Counted from the stretch's first letter, positions 28,343 through 42,371 are shown. The stretch is 64,000 nt of DNA from Eledone cirrhosa (GCA_964016885.1 OZ024748.1:5580001-5644000); one strand, 5' to 3'. A program made the numbers and translations. Notes: generated from the sequence alone by a model not told the origin.

Positions 28343-29358
28343 ACGGCTTTAGAATTTTAAAACAACAGTGCTCCACTCGATAGAAAATTTGGTCTCAATT
28401 GGTGAATCCTTTTCTGTTCTCTTCTGTTCTGCCTTTTTACTCCTCGCCTCGCCTCACAGTAGAGTGTATGTGAAGAGTGCCTTGTTTTCGTTTTCGTTTC
28501 ACACAGGGCGATGCTGGTAACAGAACCGAGCCGAACAGAAGAGAGCAGAGCAAAGCAAAGCAGAGCAGAGCAGAACAGAACAGAGGAGAAAAGAAAGAGA
28601 GAAAAAGAACATCAAGTATTCAAGTTAGATTTCAAAGTCGGTGAAACGCGCCTTTTCATTATTAATAGCTGACTTTAATCAGTCTTGCAGAATTAATAGC
28701 ATTCATTGGCCATTGTTGAGACGGCATGCAATTCCTTGAACAGAACAACTGATTCGTTAAGATCAGCTGGCCAGCCAGCCTTCCTGCCTGCCGTCTTATT
28801 TGCCTGCTTGTTTGCCTGCTTGTTACAGCACCTCATCAAACCTCACTCACGAATCTGCTTAACTTCACAGTGAAATATATATATCATTCTTTTATGTTTC
28901 TTTTTTTTTTTCTTGCAGTCAATCAGCCAGTAATCCCCTTTTACTCCTTTCTTTCTTATTGTTGCTTTTTTATTCTTGCTGCTGCTGCTTCTGCTGCTAC
29001 TGCTGCTACTACTGCTACTGCTGTTACTGGTGGTGGTACTGATGTTTGTGATCTTGTTCTTTTATTATTTGTTTCATTCTATAACCTACCATATGACCCA
29101 AGCGTTCATTAAGCCAGACAACGAAGACGCCTTCAACAGCTCACTCATATAGCTAGAAATAACAGTCACGTCTTCCTCAAAGCACACTTTAATTACACAA
29201 TAAAGAAGGACAAATTGCACACATTGTCTTTTCTTTCTTCCTTTCTCTTTTTCTCTCTTTGTTCGTTTATTTTGGGGGATATTTTTCTGTAGTTGATCAC
29301 CAACTAGGCCTTTCACTTTTTGTTGTCATTTTCTGTATTATAGTCAGAATCTATCATT

Positions 29359-29399
<41 letters not shown>

Positions 29400-30603
29400 A
29401 AGTAGTGTTATAATTTGAGGTTTTCGTTTCGGCTCTTTGTGTTCTGAGTTCAAACCCAGCCTCGATCGACTTTCGAAGTCTATAAAATGCAAAAGTCAAT
29501 GACTGACATCTTTTCTATAAATTCTTTCTCACTTCATTTCTATCACTGTCAATCCTTGTCTGGTAGAAACCTGCCGAGTACTGAGCTGGAGAGGAGATGG
29601 TTCCACATGGTTTTAAAAATGGCCAAGAAACTTTATATATCAATACGGCAAGCAATCATTCGACTGCATCAATTGTTAAGCGTCGATCCATCTATCCATC
29701 AATACATATATAAATCCATCCATATATCCATCCATCCATACATACATACAGACACATCCATACATAAACACACATGCCTACATAATACTTACATATATAC
29801 ATTTATACATAACTGAACTTGGATTTGTAAAAATAGAGTACAGCTCCCTAATTCATAGACTACATATGGTTGCGATAGCTGGCACCTTTAAGATTTGCAA
29901 AACATTCCTTCGTTTCAATGAATGACAATTTCTTTACTTTTAGAACCTTGCCACCAGGAAGGTGGCCGGTCAAATATGTACTCGAAATTAAGAGAAAGAG
30001 AAAAACATACACATATATTGTGTTTGTACTTTTACTATGAATATTTGTTATTTTAACACTGTTTTTTATTTTAATTCTAATCATTTCATTGCTATAATAC
30101 CATTTCATCTTATCGAATAGTCTCCTTTTACATATTAAGCATCTCTTCTGGATGTAAATCAAATAAATTAAGAAAGGAGAGAAATGAAACCGAAAGACAG
30201 AGAAAACGAAATGATAAGTCAGAAAATATAAAAAAATATAGTAAAATAAAAATAAAAAATTATAAAAATAAACTAAAAATTAAAAACTAAAATTTCGAAA
30301 ATTAAAAGTAATAAAATAAAATAATACAAAATAAAGAATAACACATTACATTAGATTATACAAAGCGTTTAAATATTCCTGTTGTTACCTGTTGTTATAT
30401 GGAATTGATAAATTGGTTTCTGGTTAATTACGTTAAAACAAAATGAAATTTCAATTCTTGTATGTAATATATTCAAATATATTCATTGTAATTAGCATCA
30501 ATATATATTTTATATATTTTTTGCACTGGGTTTGAGAATTCTCTTCACATTCTGTGGTTGTTTCAAAGGATACAAGAAATGTCCAATCACAGAAATGTTT
30601 ATC

Positions 30604-30650
<47 letters not shown>

Positions 30651-30887
30651 TAGAGAAATATTTCTTAGAAAATAGGAATTCAAAACAATGAAAAATATTT
30701 CAATATCACATGATCACATGTTTGAAAAACGACGAAATAAAAAGGACAGACCCTACGCAGTCAATCGACCGAGTAGAAATAGAAGCGGCCTCATCCTCAA
30801 ATCTCCTTCAACACAACATATAGATTAAATAATATTATGCTTGATATATTCAACGATTCAGAATCAGCTATGGAAGGTTACTATTTT

Positions 30888-31063
30888 ATAATTGTTTCTA
30901 CTTTTGGCACAAGGCCAGCAATTATCCAGTGCATTACTGGTACTTTATTTTATCGACCCCGTAAGGATGAAAGGCAAAGTTAATCTCGGCGGGATTTGAA
31001 CTCAGAATGGAGAGGGCTGTAACTCTATGCGTCAAACCCTCTACCGATACTGCCAATCCACCG
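30888..31063 (-). mobile_element. SINE family 1 (short form)
   Basis: Core, tail and B box match the other copies. Confidence 0.85.
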
Positions 31064-31279
31064 ACTGACACCCGCGACTGCCGGGTGGGAAACATCTTTA
31101 CTTTCAAACTCTTTGCAATTAAATCTATTCTGCTAAACGCACCAAAGGTTCAAATGACTGTTTTGAAAGTTAAACGGATAGATTAAGTTGATCTGTTGTA
31201 GGAATTCACAACTTAAAACAGTGGATCATATATCCCAAACTCCCTCCTCGGAAGCTCAGACAATTTGGCTAACTATAAA

Positions 31280-32556
31280 GTTGCTGTTTATAATAGTACT
31301 GCAGTTGTTGTTGTTTATAATAGTACTGCTGTTGTTGTTGTTTATAATAGTACTGCTGTTGTTGTTGTTTATAATAGTACTGCAGTTGTTGTTGTTTATA
31401 ATAGTACTGCTGTTGTTGCTGTTTATAATAGTACTGCTGTTGTTGTTGTTTATAATAGTACTGCAGTTGTTGTTGTTTATAATAGTACTGCAGTTGTTGT
31501 TGTTTATAATAGTACTGCTGTTGTTGTTGTTTATAATAGTACTGCTGTTGTGTTTATAATAGTACTGCAGTTCTTGTTGTTTATAATAGTACTGCTGTTG
31601 TTGTTGTTTATAATAGTACTGCAGTTGTTGTTGTTTATAATAGTACTGCTGTTGTGTTTATAATAGTACTGCAGTTGTTGTTGTTTATAATAGTACTGCT
31701 GTTGTTGTTGTTTATAATAGTACTGCAGTTGTTGTTGTTTATAATAGTACTGCTGTTGTGTTTATAATAGTACTGCAGTTGTTGTTGTTTATAATAGTAC
31801 TGCAGTTGTTGTTGTTTATAATAGTACTGCAGTTGTTGTTGTTGTTTATAATAGTACTGCAGTTGTTGTTGTTTATAATAGTACTGCTGTTGTTGTTGTT
31901 TATAATAGTACTGCTGTTGTTGCTGTTTATAATAGTACTGCTGTTGTTGTTGTTTATAATAGTACTGCTGTTGTTGCCGTTTATAATAGTACTGCTGTTG
32001 TTGTTGTTTATAATAGTACTGCTGTTGTTGTTTATAATAGTACTGCTGTTGTTGTTGTTTATAATAGTACTGCTGTTGTTGCTGTTTATAATAGTACTGC
32101 TGTTGTTGTTGTTTATAATAGTACTGCTGTTGTTGTTTATAATAGTACTGCTGTTGTTGTTTATAATAGTACTGCAGTTGTTGTTGTTTATAATAGTACT
32201 GCTGTTGTTGTTGTTTATAATAGTACTGCTGTTGTTGCTGTTATAATAGCACTGCAGTTGTTGTTGTTTATAATATTACTGCTGTTGTTGTTTATAATAG
32301 TACTGCTGTTGTTGTTGTTTATAATAGTACTGCTGTTGTTGTTGTTTATAATAGTACTGCTGTTGTTGTTGTTTATAATAGTACTGCAGTTGTTGTTGTT
32401 TATAATAGTACTGCAGTTGTTGTTGTTTATAATAGTACTGCTGTTGTTGTTGTTTATAATAGTACTGCTGTTGTTGCTGTTTATAATAGTACTGCTGTTG
32501 TTGTTTATAATAGTACTGCAGTTGTTGTTGTTTATAATAGTACTGCTGTTGTTGTT
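31280..32556. repeat. Minisatellite of about 27 bp, tttataatagtactgc(a/t)gttgttgttg, roughly 47 units
   Basis: Homogeneous tandem array with a variable number of GTT triplets. Confidence 0.95.
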
Positions 32557-32860
32557 GTTGATATAGTTGTTGTTGCTGGTGGTGGTGGTGGCGTTGATAT
32601 AGTTGTTGTTGTTGTTTTTGATATAGTTGTTGTTGTTTTTGGTATAGTTGTTGTTGCTGGTGGTAGTTGTGGTGTTGATATAGTTGTTGTTGTTGTTGTT
32701 GATATAGTTGTTGTTGTTGTTGTTGTTGATATAGTTGTTGTTGTTGTTGATATAGTTGTTGTTGTTGTTGTTGTTGATATAGTTGTTGTTGCTGGTGGTG
32801 GTGGTGGTGTTGATATAGTTGTTGTTGTTGTTGTTGTTTTTGTTGATATAGTTGTTGTTG
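32557..32860. repeat. gatata(gtt)n minisatellite continuing the previous array
   Basis: Direct observation. Confidence 0.9.
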
Positions 32861-33398
32861 TGTTGCTATTTGTAGTCGGTATTCATTTTCCCCCAGTTCT
32901 TGTTCCTTGTATTTGTGAAAGGAAGGCGGAGTTTGGAACATCAGGCACACAATAGAATATATCTTAACAATACAGATTGTAGAGAATAGAGTACTCTAGA
33001 GTAAAGTACAAAAGATGATAGCAAAAGAAAGATGGTGTTTGTTTGTTGCTGTTGATGTTGTTGTTGGTGTATTTTAAATGAAATATAGGTAGAGGAAGGT
33101 AGAGCAGAGAATACATAGAAAATTATAGAAAGGGAAACTGTGAAAGGGTGGGTAAACGAAAGGTATAGATAGATATATCGATAGATTTGGAGATAGATAG
33201 AAAGAGAGATAGATAGATAGATAGATAGAGAGGGAAAGAAAGTGAGAGAGATAGAAAGATAGAGGGAGAGAGATAGAAACAGAGTGATAGAGACAGAGAG
33301 ATAGAAGAGAGAGCATAAAAGAAAACAGGGAGAACTAGCATGAGAAAATTCAAATAGAGATCGTGAAAAAGTTTGAGCCAGAGGAAGATAAATGACAA

Positions 33399-33474
<76 letters not shown>

Positions 33475-33501
33475 TTATAACATATATATATATATATTTA
33501 T

Positions 33502-33546
<45 letters not shown>

Positions 33547-33549
33547 AAC

Positions 33550-33581
<32 letters not shown>

Positions 33582-34217
33582 GTATATAAATATATATATA
33601 AATATATATGCATATATATGTATAAATATATTATAGATTATGATATATATATATATATGTATATAAATACATACATATATATATATATATGTGAGTGTGT
33701 GTGTGTGTATGTGTGTGTGTGCGTGTGTATGCGTGTATGTGTTTGTGCTTACGTCAGTGTGTGTGTATGTGTTTACACATCCCAAGATATGTCACACTAT
33801 ATTCTTACGTTGCATGTATATATTGATGGGTTTATTTTGACGTTCTTCGTTGCCTTCACTCCCTTTTATGATAAATTCTTCGATTCTTTTTCGGTTTATC
33901 AAACTATTGATCAAATTCCTTTTTCAATTCATTCCTTATATATTTTTTCATCCATTATATATTTTCTTTAATATTTCGTGAATTTTATTATTTTCTAATA
34001 TTTTTTAAAGTTAACATTCTGTTGAAATCTAATTGTATTATGTATCTTTAGTTTTTGAAGTTTTCATGCTCAATAGTGCTTTGTCAAAACTGCTGCTAGT
34101 CTTTCCGTTGTTCGGCTCGCTCTTGTTGTTGTTGCTGATATCGTAGTTATTGTTTTGGCTGTTATTGGGACTATATATATATATATATGTAATATAATAT
34201 GATATATATATATAAAT

Positions 34218-34262
<45 letters not shown>

Positions 34263-34371
34263 CTGTGTATGCATGAATATATTGAATATACATACTATGT
34301 ATCTATGTATGCAAATGTATCTATATCTCTATATATGTGTTATATATGAAATACAAAAAATACATATATAC

Positions 34372-34402
<31 letters not shown>

Positions 34403-34404
34403 CA

Positions 34405-34438
<34 letters not shown>

Positions 34439-34456
34439 CATACATATATATATATA

Positions 34457-34547
<91 letters not shown>

Positions 34548-34799
34548 CGTCTTTCCTCGCGCCTCCATTTCAAAACATTGTCTTCTTTTACCGTACAACA
34601 CTACAGATAACATTGTTCTCTGAAAATATAATTATTTTTTATATATTCATTTATATATTTATTGTATATTTATTCATTATATTTATCTCTTTGTTCATAT
34701 GGTTAATTCTTTACTTAGTTTGTTAATGTTTCTTTATTATATAGAAACACTTTGTAACGTTTAATGTTGTAGATGCTGCTATGCCTGTCAAATATAATG

Positions 34800-35634
34800 A
34801 TTGGAAGTATAGGCACAAGGCCAGTAATTTGGGTGAAGGGGAAAGTCGATTAAATCGACCCCAGTACGTTACTGGTGCTTTATTTTATCGACCTCGTAAG
34901 GACGAAAGGCAAAGTTAACCTCGGTGGGATTCGAACTCAGATCATAAAGGGACGTAACTCTATGCTGCAAAGCATGGTGTCCGGCCCTCTACCGATACTG
35001 CCAATCCACCGCCCTTGTATTGGCAGTATCGGTAGAGCATCAGATACCAGGCTTTGCAGCATAAAGTTACGGCCCTTTACCTTCTGAGTTCAAATCTTTT
35101 CGAGGTTCGCTATGACTTTCATTGGTGTATTGGCAGTATCGGTAGAGGGTCGGACGCCACGCTTTGTAGCATAGAGTTACGCCCCGTTACGGTCTGAATT
35201 CAAATCCTGCCGAGGTTAATTTTACCTTTCATCCTTATGGGGTCAACAATTAAAGTACCAGTAATGCACTGGGATAATTACTGGTCTTGTGCCAAAAGAA
35301 GAACCAATTATTATAGGGTCGATAATATAAAGTACCACTAATTCACTGGGGTCGAATTTCAGACTTTTTCCTTCCTCCAAATTTTCCCCATCATCATTGA
35401 CATGTACTCCTTGCTCATTTCGTTGCTGATGAGAATATTGCTGCTGAAATAAATATAAACTACATCTTATATACGTTTTTAATCATGATATGCTAATGAT
35501 AATTATTTCTACTTGTGGCACAAGGCCAGTAATTAACCCAGTACATTACTGGTATTTTATCGACCCCGTAAGGATGAAAGCCAAAGTTAACCTCGGCGGG
35601 ATTTGAACTCAGATCGTAAAGGGATATAACTCTA
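34800..35634. mobile_element. Cluster of five SINE family 1 copies in mixed orientation
   Basis: 34800-35013 (-), 35016-35122 (+), 35126-35312 (+), 35315-35385 (+, partial), 35498-35634 (-). Confidence 0.85.
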
Positions 35635-36410
35635 TAAGGGAGAAAATGCAGACATACCCAATACAACACATTTCTAGAATTCTAAAAAGAATTTTACAAA
35701 ACCTAACACGGCCTTAACGATATAACTGATGACAGAATAGGGTGAATGAAATAGAGTGAAATGCCATATAAGGATATATATGGCTTTGCCCAGGTAGATC
35801 CTGGAAATGTTAATCTTGTATTAGGAAGCTTCAATCATAAACAGTTACATTAAACAAGTCAGTTAAATAGCAAATCATTCGACAGATACAGACAAACAAG
35901 GGAAGTATTTAAGGCAATTTCAAAATTATTAGAAAGAAATATATGCATGGAACTTTCCTTTGATTTTTTTGTCTCACATTAATCTCTTTAACAAAATCTT
36001 TAACACAGAATTGGACCCGGATCAGATACAACGATATGAGATGACAATCAACTAACTATATTTTCTATATGAGTGACAGCAAGTTGTACGATACTAATGT
36101 TTAACAACTATGAACTCTACTTCAGACAATATAGAGATTTAACTAAAGAACTGATCTAAGGGGAAATAAATTAAGTATACTAATAACATGTTTGGAATAA
36201 AAGCCAGACAAGACAATTACACTAAAAATTGACTTAAAATAGTTAGATATTAATAAACCAGAGATTGTACAGTCACACACAACAGAAAGAAAGACGTATA
36301 GAATAGTATACGAAAATATTCCCCACTGCCAACCACCTCTCTCTTTATATATATTCACACATTTATATATGTAATATGTGTGTGTATATATATTTACTTT
36401 TATATATATG

Positions 36411-36444
<34 letters not shown>

Positions 36445-36499
36445 TAGATAGATAGATACATACATATATGCATATATAAATAAATAAATAAATAAATAA

Positions 36500-36592
<93 letters not shown>

Positions 36593-36614
36593 TATATATA
36601 TATATATATATATA

Positions 36615-36901
<287 letters not shown>

Positions 36902-37098
36902 GTGTGTGTGTGTGTATACGTATATAAATGTTATAATCAGTATGGCGTCACCTAAGCCGGATTTTATGTTGGGTGATGTGGAATTGCATGTGCTCTACGA
37001 CACTTTGGTAATAATATATTTTAATGTCTCCCCAAGTTATATATTTTATGCCAGATTGTGGAGAAAACATCTCATGGGACCAGTCTCTCTCTCTCTAT

Positions 37099-37130
<32 letters not shown>

Positions 37131-37265
37131 CTCTCTGTCTTTCTCTCTCACTCCCTCTCTCTGTATATACATATGTGTGTGAGTGTGAGTGTGTATGTAT
37201 ACACACACACATATATATATAATACACACATATATAAATGTGTGTATGATATATATATATATATA

Positions 37266-37425
37266 TAACGAAGGAAATGTGGTAAGGAACCAGGTGGACC
37301 ATAACGCACCAAAGTAGTCAATACTTAGGGTAGTAGAGTGGGTAATAGTACGACCCCGACGGCAGAGCTCAAGCCGTTTCGACGGCTAATTCTGGACGCA
37401 TTCTGTCCAGAATTAGCCGTCAGCT
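37266..37425 (-). mobile_element. Family-A element with a short fold-back
   Basis: taacgaaggaaatgtggtaagg start; gacggctaattctggac / gtccagaattagccgtc hairpin. Confidence 0.75.
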
Positions 37426-37827
37426 ATATATATATATACACGTGTGTGTGTCTGTATATATATACACATGTATATGTATATATGTATATACATATGTACA
37501 TAAGCATGTGTGTATATATATATATAAATATATATATATGCACCTGTGTGTATGCCTATATATGTATGCATGTATATATGTATATAGATATGTATGGATA
37601 TATAGAGATAATTTTATATATACCAATATTATTCCCCTATCCCTTCTTTCTTTCTTTCTTTCTTCCTATATATCTTTCTTATAGTCCTTTCTTTCTTCTT
37701 CCTTTCTTTCTTCCTTCCAGCATTCCTTCCTGTCTTCCTTCCTACCCTCCACTCGTCGTTTCTTTCTGTATTTTTCTTTTTTTCCATCTTTTCTTTCTTC
37801 CCCTCTTCCGTTCCTCCAAACGCTCCA

Positions 37828-38059
37828 CACCACCACCACCACCACCACCACCACCACCGACACCACCACCACCACCACCACCACCAATCACCTCCACCAC
37901 TTCCACCACCACCACCACCACCACCGACACCACCACCACCAACACTAATCACTACCACCACCACCACCACCGTTTCCACCAACACCACCACCACCGTTAC
38001 CACCACCAGCCACAACCACCAGTCACAACCACCACCTACACTACCACCACCGTTCCAGC

Positions 38060-38093
<34 letters not shown>

Positions 38094-38445
38094 ACCCACC
38101 ACCACCTTCACCTCCACCCCACTCCCCACCAACCACCACCATCACTACTACCACATCCACCACTACCACCACCACCGTCACCACCACCACCACCTCCCCC
38201 ACCACCACCACAACCACCATTACCACCACCACCACCACCACCACCACCACCGTCACCTCCACCCCCACTCCCCACCAAACACCACCGTCACCACTTCCAC
38301 CACCACCACCACCACCACCACCACCACCACCACCACCACCACCACCACCACCACCACCACCACCACCACCACCACCACCACCACCACCGTCACCACCACC
38401 AACCGTCACCACCACCACCACCACCACCACCACCACCACCACCAC
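37828..38445. repeat. (ACC)n low-complexity tract with a poly-C run
   Basis: Direct observation; source of the 574-aa ORF. Confidence 0.9.
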
Positions 38446-38798
38446 ATCTTTCCTATCCAATCCGTCAGAAATGTATAAAACTGTATCAAAGCCTCACCGT
38501 CAGGAACATACGAGTCAATGACCAAATAAAATGTTTCCTAATTTATGACAGACGACCACTTAATCATATCAAAATGAATGATATGATTTTTCCAGCAGAT
38601 AACATTTCATTATTTCATATACACAACCAGCACAAAATTTCACTCTTCTCACCAATTCAATTATCTTACTACCTACCTAGCTACAAGAAAATATCTTATT
38701 CTTCGTCTCACTTTCTTTCCATTTTACTTTTTATTTTTGTTTTTGTTTTTATTTTTGTTTGTATTTATATTGCTTGCTCATTTATGTGTGTATGTATG

Positions 38799-38867
<69 letters not shown>

Positions 38868-38954
38868 ATGTATATATATATATATATGTTTGTATGTATG
38901 TATTTTTATGTATGTATATATATATTAACATGTATATATATATATATGTGCATG

Positions 38955-39013
<59 letters not shown>

Positions 39014-39173
39014 GTATGTATGTATAAATTTATATATATATGTGTGTGTATGTGTGTGTTAGTGTGTGTATTTGTGTGTATGTGTGTATGTATATAGTTA
39101 TGTGCCTCTGGTTTTATTTTGATTTTAATTTCTCCTCGATAGAGATAGAGAGTGAGGAAGAGAGAGAAAGAGA

Positions 39174-39249
<76 letters not shown>

Positions 39250-39355
39250 CAGCTAGAGAATAAGTTATGTCTGGGTCTGTCTGTGTGTCTGTAAATGTAT
39301 GTATGCCATTACATGTATGAATATGTGAGTCTGAATCTCTCTCTCTCTCTCTCTC

Positions 39356-39442
<87 letters not shown>

Positions 39443-39677
39443 AAATGTATGTATATTGTATTCTCTTTCTTTTTATTCTGAAGTTATATTTCACGGTTAA
39501 CATCCCGCCTGACACGATTGTAAAGAAAGGACGTCTCACAAATGTTGAATGTTTAAGATATCACGGCTATTTGTAGCTCAAGAATTAAGGAACTACGTTC
39601 TTTCTCCACAATTGAAACTTCAATCTCACTTCAGTCTCACGTTCGTCGAGCCGGGCTGGTATATAACCTGTAGCTCC

Positions 39678-39870
39678 AATAATAATTGTTTCTACTTTAG
39701 GCACAAGGCCAGTAATTATACCAGTGTATTACTGGTACTTTATTTTATCGACACCATAAGGATGAAAGGCAAAGTGAATCTTGGCGGGATTTGAACTCAG
39801 AACATAAATGGCCGTAACTCTTTGCTAGAAAGCATGCCCTCAGACCCTCTACCGATCCTGCCAATCCACC
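39678..39870 (-). mobile_element. SINE family 1 (short form)
   Basis: Full head, core and tail. Confidence 0.85.
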
Positions 39871-40044
39871 ACTGGTTATAAAGTTGAACGTGTATCTTGG
39901 GTACTGGATGTTGAAACTCCTCACAAATGGTTCTTAGATATTCTCCTTTTCTTGTACCTTTCTCATTGCATTGGCATCGAGTGGGAAGATTACTTCTATA
40001 GAAGAGCATGCTGTTTAGTGAGTGGTCCCACACGACAATATGTA

Positions 40045-40104
<60 letters not shown>

Positions 40105-40105
<1 letters not shown>

Positions 40106-40307
40106 GTAGGTCCCGGGTTGAGTCGGGGATAACCACAGTAAGTAAGGTACTCAATACATGGCAGAGTAAAATTTTTTTATTTTATAGAAGGAACTTCTAC
40201 AGGACTAGTACTGTTTCATTCAGATGAAATCTTCAGGAAGCTCTTCCTGAAGATTTCATCTGAATGAAACAGTACTAGTGCTGTAGAAGTTCCTTCTATA
40301 AAATAAA

Positions 40308-40308
<1 letters not shown>
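40105..40308 (-). mobile_element. Family-D fold-back element flanked by (TA)n
   Basis: Inverted arms about 40175-40240 / 40243-40308. Confidence 0.8.
40191..40243 (-). ncRNA. Type I hammerhead ribozyme-like motif (mirror copy at 40243-40292, plus strand)
   Basis: gagcttc-CTGAAGA-tttcatctgaat-GAAACAG-tactagtc-CTGTA-gaagttc: 7-bp stem I with one GU pair, GUA triplet, weak stem II. Confidence 0.65.
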
Positions 40309-40344
<36 letters not shown>

Positions 40345-40358
40345 AGAGAAAGAGAGAA

Positions 40359-40687
40359 GGCGCATGGGTTAGTGGTTAGAGCATTGGCCTTGCAATCGAA
40401 AGTTTGTGAGTTCGATTCTCGGACTGGGTGATGCGTTGTGACCTTGAGCAATACACTTTATTTCACGTTGTTCCATTTACTCAGCTGTAGAAATGAGTTG
40501 CGACGTCACTGGTGCCAAGCTGTATCGGTCATTGGCTTTCCCTTGGACATCATCGGTGGCGTAGAGAGGAGAGACTGGCATGCATGGGCGACTACAGGTC
40601 TTCCACAAAAAACCTTGCCCCGGGTTGTACCTCGGAGGGAAAGTTTCTAGGTGCAAAACCATAGTCACTCATGACCGAGTGGGACCA
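40359..40687 (+). mobile_element. tRNA-derived SINE family 2 with a CORE/V-like segment (octopus OR-type candidate)
   Basis: A box tgggttagtgg, B box gagttcgattc, then gtgaccttgagcaatacacttta; the family name is from recollection. Confidence 0.7.
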
Positions 40688-40692
40688 AAGCA

Positions 40693-40729
<37 letters not shown>

Positions 40730-40744
40730 TGTATTGTATATATA

Positions 40745-40810
40745 AAATTAACAGATTAAAGTTTAAGTAAAGAATCGGTGCTTTCGCCCTTAACGGGATC
40801 TTCTGAAATA
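40745..40810 (-). mobile_element. Family-G fragment with a variant hammerhead-like core
   Basis: cagaaga-tccc gttaa gggc-gaaag; homologous to 57790-57850. Confidence 0.45.
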
Positions 40811-41027
40811 AAAAAAAATGAATCTGTGGACGCAGAAGTAAATATTTCGAAAAACGTATATATACATATGTATATATTTATACGTGAATGTATGTATGTA
40901 TGCATTTACACATATGTGTCTACACATGAACACACACTCATATATATGGGTAGCTGTATATGTGCGTACACATATGTCTCTCAGTTTTTTGTTATATAAG
41001 TTATGTTTCTATACTAACCAGAGAAAC

Positions 41028-41197
41028 ATAATTATTTCTACTTTTGGCACAAGGACAGCAATTATCACAGTGCATTACTGGTACTTTATTTTATCGACCC
41101 CGTAAGGATGAAAGGCAAAGTTAACCTCGGCGGGATTTGAACTCAGAATGGCAAGGGCCGTAACTCTATGCGTCAAAGCATGGCGTCTGACTCTCTA
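41028..41197 (-). mobile_element. SINE family 1 (short form)
   Basis: Core match. Confidence 0.85.
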
Positions 41198-41505
41198 ATA
41201 CTTGTTAAACAGAGTAAGATTATATTACTTAGTAAAGGAAAGAATGAAAACAAGCCAGCATGAAATATATATCACTGACTCAATGTGTAATATTTACTCT
41301 TGTATATTATATGATAAATAGTTTTAGCATTGCTGAATATCTTTCAGTTATATGCTAAATGATTATCACCGGAATGATCGTGTGGGGGTGACTAAAAGGT
41401 TACACTAAAAGGTTACACTAAAAAGTTACTCTATCATTCTGTCTATCACTGTCTGATACATGTAGAAATAGAAACATATGTACATACATAAATATATGCA
41501 TTCAA

Positions 41506-41654
<149 letters not shown>

Positions 41655-41703
41655 TACACATATATATATATATATGTTTGTGCGTATGCATATATACTGA
41701 GAG

Positions 41704-41791
41704 GTCCCCAAAAATGTATACACACTTGAACCGCATACCAATAAATATTGCCTCTGCAGGAAAGCAAAATGTATATACATTTTTGGGGGAC
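41704..41791. mobile_element. Tc1/mariner-like MITE
   Basis: Inverted repeats gtccccaaaaatgtatacaca / tgtatatacatttttgggggac; the right end abuts a LINE tail. Confidence 0.55.
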
Positions 41792-41926
41792 ATCATCATG
41801 ATAATCATCATCATTTTCCCTGCTTCCAAGGGTGGGACAGGTCCTATTCAGCACAGCATCTCTCCACTTGCCACGGTCCTTCGTCATCCCCTCATCCCCT
41901 CTGTGAGCTTCAGCGATTGAGGATAA

Positions 41927-41930
<4 letters not shown>
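41792..41930 (-). pseudogene. 5'-truncated LINE 3' end (RTE/RTEX-like) with a (GAT)n tail
   Basis: LKLTEGMRGMTKDRGKWRDAV (DRxxWR motif) followed by a gatgat tail. Confidence 0.6.
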
Positions 41931-41997
<67 letters not shown>

Positions 41998-42304
41998 GAA
42001 GTATTTCCGTCGGAAAGGTACAGGGAAAAAGAGTGCTCTATGTAGGATACAGAACTTATTAGTTATGTAATAAACAACATAAGATAATTATTTCATTTAC
42101 CAGTGGTTTCTTGAAGGCAGATGTTGTGTCTCCCTTCAGTCGTCAGAATGAATAAATAACATGGTGTTTTTATTAAATAACATAACTTATTTAATAAAAA
42201 CACCATGTTATTTATTCATTCTGACGACTGACGACAGACAAAACATCTGCCTTCAAGAAACCACTGGTAAATGAAATAATTATCTTATGTTGTTTATTAC
42301 ATAA
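41998..42304 (-). mobile_element. Family-F fold-back element flanked by (TA)n
   Basis: Arms 42063-42180 / 42187-42304; second copy at 62355. Confidence 0.8.
42092..42152 (-). ncRNA. Type I hammerhead ribozyme with intact core (mirror copy at 42215-42275, plus strand)
   Basis: ttcatt-CTGACGA-c tgaagg...ccttca a-GAAACC-act-GGTA-aatgaa: 6-bp stems I and II, GUA triplet. Confidence 0.72.
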
Positions 42305-42308
42305 ATAA

Positions 42309-42344
<36 letters not shown>

Positions 42345-42371
42345 GAGAGAGAGGGGAGAGAGAGAGAGAGA

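Noticed and set aside
31280-32556. Regular 27-bp repeats as a CRISPR array
   Set aside because: No unique spacers, no cas genes, eukaryotic context.
37338-39062. 574-aa Pro/His-rich ORF
   Set aside because: It strings together a family-A element, microsatellites and (ACC)n, with no coherent domain.
39484-39576. Acceptor followed by LYFTVNIPPDTIVKKGRLTNVEC, vaguely Ig-like
   Set aside because: An in-frame stop follows within a few codons and there is no convincing donor.
40359-40430. tRNA genes here and at 46057
   Set aside because: Acceptor stems do not pair and the sequence continues into a SINE body.
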